A stretch of DNA of 64,000 nucleotides from Ptychomitrium polyphyllum. Taxonomy: Eukaryota. The position numbers and the translations under genes are program-made. The DNA lies in assembly GCA_973851085.1 (NCBI GenBank), contig OZ316775.1, positions 1,054,001 to 1,118,000 on the forward strand, read 5' to 3'. Shown one piece after another: positions 14,001-25,185 of the stretch. How positions within the stretch are numbered: the first letter of the stretch is position 1; each line of letters begins with the position of its first letter. The notes beneath the pieces were generated by a model. It saw only the letters and a list, made by a program, of their open reading frames with translations, was not told the origin of the DNA and searched no databases.

Positions 14001-14732
14001 CTTCCACACCAAATTGGGGAATTGAAGGCTCTTAGAAACTTGTATCTAAATGGGTGTTCATCCTTGCAGCAACTTCCACACCAAATTGGAGACCTAAATG
14101 CCCTTAGAAACTTAAATCTAAATGGGTGTTCATCTTTGGTGCAGCTTCCACAATTAATTGGAGAATTGAAGGCCCTTACAAACTTAACACTATTAGGGTG
14201 TTCATCCTTGCAGAAACTTCCACAGCAAATTGGAGAATTGAAGGCCCTTAGAGAATTGAATCTAACAGGATGTTCATCCTTGCAGCAACTTCCACAACAA
14301 ATTGGAGAATTGAAGGCCCTTACAAACTTAACACTATTAGGGTGTTCATCCTTGCAGAAACTTCCACAGCAAATTGGAGAATTGAAGGCCCTTAGAGAAT
14401 TGAATCTAACAGGATGTTCATCCTTGCAGCAACTTCCACAACAAATTGGAGAATTGAAGGCCCTAACAAACTTAACACTATTAGGGTGTTCATCCTTGCA
14501 ACAACTTCCACAACGAATTGGAAAATTGAAGGCCCTTACAGGATTGAATCTATCGAGGTGTTCATCCTTGCAGCAACTTCCACACCAAATTGGAGAATTG
14601 AAGGCCCTTACAAAATTGGATCTATCTGAGTGTTCATCCTTGCAACAACTTCCACAACAAATTAGAGAAATGAAGGCCCTTATAGAATTAAATCTATCAG
14701 GGTATTCATCCTTGGAAAAACTTCCTCAATAA
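11094..14732 (+). CDS. CC-NB-ARC-LRR (NLR) immune receptor, 1212 aa, intronless CDS, about 26 tandem 24-aa LRRs
   Basis: N-terminus MGDPLVAPAVVGAAVS (MAEPL-like), P-loop GRGGAGKT, kinase-2 LVLDDVW, RNBS-B GSVTLITTRN, GLPLAL, RNBS-D CFLYFAAFPED, MHD-equivalent VHD, then [24 protein letters not shown] repeats. A likely 5'UTR splice acceptor TTTGTAG ends at 11087. Confidence 0.95.
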   Translation: MGDPLVAPAVVGAAVSAFFTMVIDAAKCELGHRKKCKLLLESANKLQPHIDAAYQHSPNWEKAQCDALEEIKIIWEKARSFGTKGANESKSEWGKRAMMFWRWGKLPAEHMDIIGRIEEAKNNVLLCAAVQYLKDVNSAKTRTSSGFLGQQIPTEIVGVDIPFNKLKASILESYAKDMASHLGLHGRGGAGKTLLAKMLHNDRDIKERYGVDSIKWITVGLNARVLDLYKTMATFLEDARFEQSYGHRSLEDQRSYLIDAFKEKKVVLVLDDVWQEGGEQNHAIMYWLNIVTAPGSVTLITTRNVAIFSEVYADSEIVLSLSEDDSWELFCSHAFLNSTPPQSIPVELAKEVCQECQGLPLALKVVGSSMKDKVSKEEWDHALNSLKQSKTILGSPIDHELFGRLRWSYDMLQGNVLKTCFLYFAAFPEDYEISVTKLFQMWISEGLVDTEDEAMDYLEVLEKRSLIEWNHSGGHAKVHDILRDLALMIIENAEVGESAYECFFASGKVLKAFPRRKSSQAIKRMSLINNTIYQSINNLQLPHLQVCLLSGLNGSIDQISNIFSNLEKTNLKYLDFSHNQFNFQEMVPCMKLSTYLTHLDLSCGQSLQQLPQQIGELKALINLDLSGCSSLQQLPQQIGQLRALINFRLSRCSSLQQLPQQIGELKALTRLDLSECSSLQQLPHQIGELKALTYLHLSECSSLQQLPQQIGELKALRCLRLLKCSSLQQFPQQIGELKALRFLELSGCSSVQQLPHQIAELEALTCLHLSGNSSLRQLPYQIGELKTVTFLDLSRCSSLQQLPQQIGELKALKYLVLNGCSSLQQLPHQIGELKALTHLDLSKCSSLQQLPHQIGELKALTYLHLSGTSSLQQLPHQIGELKALTHLDLSKCSSLQQLPHQIGELKALTYLHLSGTSSLQQLPHQIGELKALTLLDVSDCSSLLQLPHQIGELKAVTHFHLRRNSSLRQLPHQIGELKALRNLYLNGCSSLQQLPHQIGDLNALRNLNLNGCSSLVQLPQLIGELKALTNLTLLGCSSLQKLPQQIGELKALRELNLTGCSSLQQLPQQIGELKALTNLTLLGCSSLQKLPQQIGELKALRELNLTGCSSLQQLPQQIGELKALTNLTLLGCSSLQQLPQRIGKLKALTGLNLSRCSSLQQLPHQIGELKALTKLDLSECSSLQQLPQQIREMKALIELNLSGYSSLEKLPQ

Positions 14733-17700
14733 ATTGGACAAATGAAGGCCCTTTACGGACTTGGCTCTATTACGGTGTTCATCCTTGCAGCAACTTCCAC
14801 AAGAGATTGGACAATTGAGGGCCCTTATAAACTTCCGACTATCAAGGTGTTCATCCTTGCAGCAACTTCCACAGCAAATTGGAGAATTGAAGGCTCTTTC
14901 GTACTTGGGACTATCAGGGTGTTCATCTTAGCAGCAACTTCCACACCAAATTGGAGAATTGAAGGCCCTTATGCACTTGCATCTTTAAGAGTGTTCATCC
15001 TTGCAGCAACTTCCACACCAAATTGGAGAATTGAAGGCCCTTATAGAATTGGAACTATCAGAGTGTTCATCCTTGCAGCAACTTCCACAACGATTTGGAG
15101 AATTGAAGGTCCTTACAGAATTGGATCTATCAGGGTGTTCATCCTTGCAGTAACTTCCACACCAAATTGGAGAATTGAAGGCTCTTTCGTACTTGGGACT
15201 ATCAGGGTGTTCATTTTAGCAGCAACTACCACACCAAATTGGAGAATTGAAGGCCCTTATGCACTTGCATCTTTAAGAGTGTTCATCCTTGCAGCAACTT
15301 CTACACCAAATTGGAGAATTGAAGGCCCTTATAGAATTGGAACTATCAGAGTGTTCATCCTTGCAGCAACTTCCACAACGATTTGGAGAATTGAAGGTCC
15401 TTACAGAATTGGATCTATCAGGGTGTTCATCCTTGCAGTAACTTCCACACCAAATTGGAGAATTGAAGGCTCTTTCGTACTTGGGACTATCAGGGTGTTC
15501 ATTTTAGCAGCAACTACCACACCAAATTGGAGAATTGAAGGCCCTTACAGAATTGGATCTATCAGGGTTCTCATCCCAACACCAACTTTTGCACCAAATT
15601 GGAGAAATGAAGGGCCTTATGCACTTGCATCTATCAGGGTGTTCATCCTTGCAGCAACTTCCACAACGATTTGGCGAATTGAAGGGCCTTACAGAATTGG
15701 ATCTATCAAGGTGCTCATCCCTGCAGCAACTTCCACACCAAATTGGAGAATTCAAGGCCCTTATGCACTTGCATCTATCACGGTGTTCATCCTTGCAACA
15801 ACTTCCACATCAAAACTGAGAATTGAAGGCCCTTACAGAATTGAATCTATCAGGGTGCTCATCCCTGCAGCAACTTCCACACCAAATTGGAGAATTCAAG
15901 GCCCTTATGCACTTGCATCTATCACGGTGTTCATCCTTGCATCAGCTTCCACATCAAAACTGAGAATTGAAGGCCCTTACAGAATTGAATCTATCGGGGT
16001 GTTCATCATTAGAGCAACTTCTTCATTAAATTAGACAAATGAAGGCCCTTTACGGACTTGGCTCTATTACAGAATTCATCCTTGCAGCAACTTCCACACC
16101 AAATTGGAGAATTGAAGGCCCTTATAGAACTGGAACTATCAGAGTGTTCATCCTTGCAGCAACTTCCACAACGATTTGGCGAAAAAAAGGGCCTTACAGA
16201 ATTGGATCTATCAGGGTGCTCATCCCTGCAGCAACTTCCACACCAAATTGGAGAATTCAAGGGCCTTATGCACTTGCATCTATCAGGGTGTTCATCCTTG
16301 CAGCAACTTCCACATCAAAATTGACAATTGAAGGGCCTTACAGAATTGGATCTATCAGGGAGTTCATCCTTGCAGCAACTTCTACACCAAATTGGAGAAT
16401 TGAAGGCCCTTATAGAACTGGAACTATCAAGGTGTTCATCCTTGCAGCAACTTCCACAACGATTTGGCGAATTGAAGGGCCTTACAGAATTGGATCTATC
16501 AGGGTGCTCATCCCTGCAGCAACTTCCACACCAAATTGGAGAATTCAAGGCCCTTATGCACTTGCATCTATCACGGTGTTCATCCTTGCAACAACTTCCA
16601 CATCAAAATTGACAATTGAAGGGCCTTACAGAATTGGATCTATCAGGGAGTTCATCCTTGCAGCAACTTCCACACCAAATTGAAGAATTGAAGGCCCTTA
16701 TAGAACTGGACCTATCAGGGTATTCATCCTTGCAGCAACTTCCACAACGATTTGGCGAATTGAAGGGCCTTACAGAATTGGATCTATCAAGGTGCTCATC
16801 CCTGCAGCAACTTCCACACCAAATTGGAGAATTCAAGGCCCTTATGCACTTGCATCTATCACGGTGTTCATCCTTGCAACAACTTCCACATCAAAACTGA
16901 GAATTGAAGGCCCTTACAGAATTGAATCTATCGGGGTGTTCATCATTAGAGCAACTTCCTCATTAAATTGGACAAATGAAGGCCCTTTACGGACTAGGCT
17001 CTATTACAGTGTTCATCCTTGCAACAACTTCCACACCAAATTAAAGAGTTGAAGGGCCTTACATACTTGCATTAATCAGGGTGATCATCCTTGCAGCAAC
17101 TTCCACATCAAATTGGAGAATTCAAGGGCCTTATGCACTTGCATCTATCACGGTGTTCATCCTTGCAACAACTTCCTCATCAAAACAAAGAATTGAAGGC
17201 CCTTTTAGAATTGAATCTATCGGGGTGTTTTTCATTAGAGCAACTTCCTCATTAAATTGGACAAATGAAGGCCCTTTACGGACTAGGCTCTATTACAGTG
17301 TTTATCCTTGCAGCAACATCTACACCACATTAAAGAGTTGAAGGGCCTTACATACTTGCATCAATCAGGGTATTCAACCTTGCAGCAACTTCCACATCAA
17401 AATTGACAATTGAAGGGCCTTACAGAATTGGATCTATCAGGGAGTTCATCCTTGCAGCAACTTCTACACCAAATTGGAGAATTGAAGGCCCTTATAGAAC
17501 TGGAACTATCAAGGTGTTCATCCTTGCAGCAACTTCCACAACGATTTGGCGAATTGAAGGGCCTTACAGAATTGGATCTATCAGGGTGCTCATCCCTACA
17601 GCAACTTCCACACCAAATTGGAGAATTCAAGGCCCTTATGCACTTGCATCTATCACGGTGTTCATCCTTGCAACAACTTCCACATCAAAATTGACAATTG

Positions 17701-20700
17701 AAGGGCCTTCTAGAATTGGATCTATCGGGGTGATCATCCTTGCAGCAACTTCTACATCAAATTGGAGAATTGAAGGCCCTTACAGAATTGGAATTATCAG
17801 GGTGTTCATCCCTCCAGCAACTTCCACACCAAATTGGAAATTTGAAGGGCCTTATGGACTTGCATCTATTAGGGTGTTCATCCTTGCAGCAACTTCCACA
17901 TCAAATTAACAATTGAAGGGCCTTACAGAATTGGATCTATCAGGGAGTTCATCCTTGCAGCAACTTCTACACCAAATTGGAAATTTGAAGGGCCTTATGG
18001 ACTTGCATCTATTAGGGTGTTCATCCTTGCAGCAACTTCCACATCAAATTAACAATTGAAGGGCCTTACAGAATTGGATCTATCAGGGAGTTCATCCTTG
18101 CAGCAACTTCTACACCAAATTGGAGAATTGAAGGGCCTTCCAGAATTGGATCTATCGATGTGATCATCCTTGCAGCAACTTCTACATCAAATTGGAGAAT
18201 TGAAGGCCCTTACAGAATTGGATTTATCAGGGTGCTCATCCCTGCAGCAACTTCCACACCAAATTGGAGAATTGAAGGGCCTTATGCACTTGCATCTATC
18301 AGGGTGTTCATCCTTCCAGCAACATCTATACCAAACAGGAGAATTGAAGGGCCTTATGACTTGCATCTATTAGGGTGTTTATCCTTGCAGCAACTTCCAC
18401 ATCAAAATTGACAATTGAAGGGCCTTCCAGAATTGGACTTATCAGGGTGATCATCCTTGCAGCAACTTCTACACCAAATTGGAGAATTGAAGGGCCTTAT
18501 GCACTTGCATCTATTAGGGTGTTTATCCTTGCAGCAACTTCCACATTAAAATTGACAATTGAAGGGCCTTCCAGAATTGGATCTATCGGGGTGATCATCC
18601 TTGCAGCAACTTCTACATCTATTAGGGTGTTTATCCTTGCAGCATCTTCCACATCAAAATTGACAATTGAAGGGCCTTCCAGAATTGGATCTATCGGGGT
18701 GATCATCCTTGCAGCAACTTCTACATCAAATTGAAGAATTGAAGGCCCTTACAGAATTGGATTTATCAGGGTGCTCATCCCTACAGCAACATCCACACCA
18801 AATTGGAGAATTGAAGGGCCTTATGCACTTGCATCTATCAGGGTGTTCATCCTTGCAGCAACTTCCACATCAAAATTGACAATTGAAGGGCCTTACAGAA
18901 TTGGATCTATCAGGGTGCTCATCCCTACAGCAACTTCCACACCAAATTGGAGAATTGAAGGGCCTTATGCACTTGCATCTATCAGGGTGTTCATCCTTGC
19001 AGCAACTTCCACATCAAAATTGACAATTGAAGGGCCTTACAGAATTGGATCTATCAGGGTGCTCATCCCTACAGCAACTTCCACACCAAATTGGAGAATT
19101 GAAGGGCCTTATGCACTTGCATCAATTACGGTAATCATCCCTGTAGCAACATCCACACCAAATTGGAGAATTGAAGGGCCTTATGCACTTGCATCTATCA
19201 GGGTGTTCATCCTTGCAGCAACTTCCACATCAAAACTGACAATTGAAGGGCCTTACACAATTGGATCTATCAGGGTGCTCATCCCTGCACCAACTTCCAC
19301 ACCAAAATGGAGAATTGAAGGGCCTTATGCACTTGCATCTATGAGGGTGTTCATCCTGCAGCAACTTCCACATCAAATTGGAGAATTGAAGGGCCTTACA
19401 GAATTGCATCTATCAGGGTGTTCATCCTTGCAGCAACTTCCACATCAAAACTGACAATTGAAGGGCCTTACACAATTGGATCTATCAGGGTGCTCATCCC
19501 TGCACCAACTTCCACACCAAAATGGAGAATTGAAGGGCCTTATGCACTTGCATCTCTCAAGGTGTTCATCCTTGCAACAACTTCCACATCAAAACTGAGA
19601 ATTGAAGGCCCTTACAGAATTGAATCTATCGGGGTGTTCATCATTAGTGCAACTTCCTCATTAAATTGGACAAATGAAGGCCCTTTACGGACTTGGCTCT
19701 ATTACAGTGTTCATCCTTGCAGCAACATCCACACCAAATTAAAGAGTTGAAGGGCCTTACATACTTGAATCAAATAGGGTATTCATCATTGCAGCAACTT
19801 CCACAACGATTTGGCGAACTGAAGGGCCTTATAGAATTGGATCTATCAGGGTGTTCATCCTTGCAGCAACTTCCACACCAAATTGGAGAATTGAAGGCCC
19901 TTACAAAATTGCATCTATCAGGGTGCTCATCCCTGCAGCAACTTCCACACCAAATTGGAGAATTCAAGGCCCTTATGCACTTGCATCTATCAGGGTGTTC
20001 ATCCTTGCAGAAACTTCCACATCAAAATTGACAATTGAAGGGCCTTACAGAATTGGATCTATCAGGTTGCTCATCCCCACAGCAAGTTCCACACCAAATT
20101 GGAGAATTGAAGGGCCTTATGCACTTGCATCTATCAGGGTGTTCATCCTTCCAGCAACATCCATACCAAATTGGAGAATTGAAGGGCCTTACAGAATTGG
20201 ATCTATCAGGGTGATCATCCTTGCAGCAACTTCCACATCAAATTGGAGAAGTGAAGGCCCTTACAGAATTGGATCTATCAGGGTGCGCATCCCAACAGCA
20301 ACTTCCGCACCAAATTGGAGAATTGAAGGGCCTTATGCACTTGCATCTATCAGGGTGTTCATCCTTGCAGCAACTTCCACATCAAAACTGACAATTGAAG
20401 GGCCTTACAGAATTGGATCTATCAGGGTGCTCATCCCTACAGCAACTTCCACACCAAATTGGAGAATTGAAGGGCCTTATGCACTTGCATCTATCAGGGT
20501 GTTCATCCTTGCAGCAACTTCCACATCAAAATTGACAATTGAAGGGCCTTACAGAATTGGATCTATCAGGGTGCTCATCCCTACAGCAACTTCCACACCA
20601 AATTGGAGAATTGAAGGGCCTTATGCACTTGCATCAATTACGGTAATCATCCCTGTAGCAACTTCCGCACCAAATTGGAGAATTGAAGGGCCTTATGCAC

Positions 20701-22080
20701 TTGCATCTATCAGGGTGTTCATCCTTGCAGCAACTTCCACATCAAAATTGACAATTGAAGGGCCTTACAGAATTGGATCTATCAGGGTGCTCATCCCCAC
20801 AGCAACTTCCACACCAAATTGGAGAATTGAAGGGCCTTATGCACTTGCATCTATCAGGGTGTTCATCCTTGCAGCAACTTCCACATCAAAATTGACAATT
20901 GAAGGGCCTTACAGAATTGGATCTATCAGGGTGCTCATCCCTACAGCAACTTCCACACCAAATTGGAGAATTGAAGGGCCTTATGCACTTGCATCAATTA
21001 CGGTAATCATCCCTGTAGCAACTTCCGCACCAAATTGGAGAATTGAAGGGCCTTATGCACTTGCATCTATCAGGGTGTTCATCCTTGCAGCAACTTCCAC
21101 ATCAAAATTGACAATTGAAGGGCCTTACAGAATTGGATCTATCAGGGTGCTCATCCCTACAGCAACTTCCACACCAAATTGGAGAATTGAAGGGCCTTAT
21201 GCACTTGCATCAATTACGGTAATCATCCCTGTAGCAACAATCACACCAAATTGGAGAATTGAAGGGCCTTATGCACTTGCATCAATCAGGGTGTTCATCC
21301 TTGCAGCAACTTCCACATCAAAATTGACAATTGAAGGGCCTTACAGAGTTTAATCTATCAGACTGATCATCCTTGCAGCAACTTCCACATGAAATTGGAG
21401 AATTGAAGGCCCTTACAGAATTGGATTAAAATGGGTGTTCATCCTTGCAAAACTTCCACACCAAATTGGAGAATTGAAGGGCCTTATGCACTTGCATCTA
21501 TCAGGGTGCTCATCCCTGGAGCAACATCCACACTAAATTGGAGAATTGAAGGGCCTTATGCACTTGCATCTATCAGGGTGTTCATCCTTGCAGCAACTTC
21601 CACATCAAAATTGACATTTGAAGGGCCTTACAGAATTGGATCAATCAGGGTGCTCATCCCCGCAGCAACTTCCACACCAAATTGGAGAATTGAAGGCCCT
21701 TATGCACTTGCATCTATCAGGGTGTTCATCCTTGCAGCAACTTCCACATCAAAATTGACATTTGAAGGGCCTTACAGAATTGGATCTATCAGGGTGCTCA
21801 TCCCCACAGCAACTTCCACACCAAATTGGAGAATTGAAGGGCCTTATGCACTTGCATCTATCAGGGTGTTCATCCTTGCAGCAACTTCCACATCAAAATT
21901 GACAATTGAAGGGCCTTACAGAATTGGATCTATCAGACTGATCATCCTTGCAGCAACTTCCACATGAAATTGGAGAATTGAAGGCCCTTACAGAATTGGA
22001 TTAAAATGGGTGTTCATCCTTGCAATACTTCCACACCAAATTGGAGAATTGAAGGGCCTTATGCACTTGCATCTATCAGG

Positions 22081-25000
22081 GTGTTCATGCTTCTAGCAAC
22101 TTCCACATCAAAATTGACAATTGAAGGGCCTTACAGAATTGGATCTATCAGACTGATCATCCTTGCAGCAACTTCCACATGAAATTGGAGAATTGAAGGC
22201 CCTTACAGAATTGGATTTAAATGGGTGTTCATCCTTGCAGCAACTTCCACACCAAATTGAAGAATTGAAGGGCCTTATGCACTTGCATCTATCAGGGTGT
22301 TCATCCTTGCAACAACTTCCACATCAAAACTGAGAATTGAAGGCCCTTACAGAATTGGATCTATCAGGGTGCTCATCCCTGCAGCAACTTCCACACCAAA
22401 TTGGAGAATTCAAGGCCCTTATGCACTTGCATCTATCAGGGTGTTCATCCTTGCAGCAACTTCCACATCAAAATTGACACTTGAAGGGCCTTACAGAATT
22501 GGATCTATCAGGGTGCTCATCCCTACAGCAACTTCCACACCAAATTGGAGAATTGAAGGGCCTTATGCACTTGCATCAATTACGGTAATCATCCTTGTAG
22601 CAACATCCACACCAAATTGGAGAATTGAAGGGCCTTATGCACTTGCATCTATCAGGGTGTTCATCCTTGCAGCAACTTCCACATCAAAATTGACAATTGA
22701 AGGGCCTTACAGAATTGGATCTATCAGGGTGCTCATCCCTACAGCAACTTCCACACCAAATTGGAGAATTGAAGGGCCTTATGCACTTGCATCTATCAGG
22801 GTGTTCATCCTTCCAGCAACATCCACACCAAATTGGAGAATTGAAGGGCCTTATGCACTTGCATCTATCAGGGTGTTCATCCTTGCAGCAACTTCCACAT
22901 CAAAATTGACAATTGAAGGGCCTTACAGAATTGGATCTATCAGGGTGATCATCCTTGCAGCAACTTCCACACCAAATTGGAGAATTCAAGGCCCTTATGC
23001 ACTTGCATCTATGAGGGTGTTCATCCTTGCAGCAACTTCCACATCAAAACTGACAATTGAAGGGCCTTACAGAATTGGATCTATCAGGGTGCTCATCCCT
23101 ACAGCAACTTCCACACCAAATTGGAGAACTAAAGGGCCTTATGCACTTGCATCAATTACGGTAATCATCACTGTAGCAACATCCACACCAAATTGGAGAA
23201 TTGAAGGGCCTTATGCACTTGCATCTATCAGGGTGTTCATCCTTGCAACAACTTCCACATCAGAACTGAGAATTGAAGGCCCTTACAGAATTGAATCTAT
23301 CAGGGTGCTCATCTCTGCAGCAACTTCCACACCAAATTGGAGAATTCAAGGCCCTTATGCACTTGCATCTATCAGGGTGTTCATCTTTGCGACAAAATCC
23401 ACACCAAATTGGAGAACTGAAGAGCCTTATGCACTTGCATCTATCAGGGTGTTCATGCTTCTAGCAACTTCCACATCAAAATTGACAATTGAAGGGCCTT
23501 ACAGAATTGGATCTATCAGACTGATCATCCTTGCAGCAACTTCCACATGAAATTGGAGAATTGAAGGCCCTTACAGAATTGGATTTAAATGGGTGTTCAT
23601 CCTTGCAGCAACTTCCACACCAAATTGAAGAATTGAAGGGCCTTATGCACTTGCATCTATCAGGGTGTTCATCCTTGCAACAACTTCCACATCAAAACTG
23701 AGAATTGAAGGCCCTTACAGAATTGGATCTATCAGGGTGCTCATCCCTGCAGCAACTTCCACAGCAAATTGGAGAACTGAAGGGCCTTATGCACTTGCAT
23801 CTATCAGGGTGTTCATCTTTGCGACAAAATCCACACCAAATTGGAGAACTGTAGAGCCTTATGCACTTGCATCTATCAGGGTGTTCATGCTTCTAGCAAC
23901 TTCCACATCAAAATTGACAATTGAAGGGCCTTACAGAATTGGATCTATCAGACTGATCATCCTTGCAGCAACTTCCACATGAAATTGGAGAATTGAAGGC
24001 CCTTACAGAATTGGATTTAAATGGGTGTTCATCCTTGCAGCAACTTCCACACCAAATTGAAGAATTGAAGGGCCTTATGCACTTGCATCTATCAGGGTGT
24101 TCATCCTTGCAACAACTTCCACATCAAAACTGAGAATTGAAGGCCCTTACAGAATTGGATCTATCAGGGTGCTCATCCCTGCAGCAACTTCCACACCAAA
24201 TTGGAGAATTCAAGGCCCTTATGCACTTGCATCTATCAGGGTGTTCATCCTTGCAGCAACTTCCACATCAAAATTGACACTTGAAGGGCCTTACAGAATT
24301 GGATCTATCAGGGTGCTCATCCCTACAGCAACTTCCACACCAAATTGGAGAATTGAAGGGCCTTATGCACTTGCATCAATTACGGTAATCATCCTTGTAG
24401 CAACATCCACACCAAATTGGAGAATTGAAGGGCCTTATGCACTTGCATCTATCAGGGTGTTCATCCTTGCAGCAACTTCCACATCAAAATTGACAATTGA
24501 AGGGCCTTACAGAATTGGATCTATCAGGGTGCTCATCCCTACAGCAACTTCCACACCAAATTGGAGAATTGAAGGGCCTTATGCACTTGCATCTATCAGG
24601 GTGTTCATCCTTCCAGCAACATCCACACCAAATTGGAGAATTGAAGGGCCTTATGCACTTGCATCTATCAGGGTGTTCATCCTTGCAGCAACTTCCACAT
24701 CAAAATTGACAATTGAAGGGCCTTACAGAATTGGATCTATCAGGGTGATCATCCTTGCAGCAACTTCCACACCAAATTGGAGAATTCAAGGCCCTTATGC
24801 ACTTGCATCTATGAGGGTGTTCATCCTTGCAGCAACTTCCACATCAAAACTGACAATTGAAGGGCCTTACAGAATTGGATCTATCAGGGTGCTCATCCCT
24901 ACAGCAACTTCCACACCAAATTGGAGAACTAAAGGGCCTTATGCACTTGCATCAATTACGGTAATCATCACTGTAGCAACATCCACACCAAATTGGAGAA

Positions 25001-25185
25001 TTGAAGGGCCTTATGCACTTGCATCTATCAGGGTGTTCATCCTTGCAACAACTTCCACATCAGAACTGAGAATTGAAGGCCCTTACAGAATTGAATCTAT
25101 CAGGGTGCTCATCTCTGCAGCAACTTCCACACCAAATTGGAGAATTCAAGGCCCTTATGCACTTGCATCTATCAGGGTGTTCATC
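22081..25185 (+). repeat. Higher-order duplication: about 1.3 kb block repeated at 1800-bp offset (25 units)
   Basis: Lines 22081-23385 read the same as 23881-25185. ORF pairs 22297/24097 and 22697/24497 match. Confidence 0.85.

Noticed and set aside
14730..14732. Stop removal by U-to-C RNA editing
   Set aside because: Such editing is known from plant organelles, not nuclear genes, and a frameshift follows immediately.
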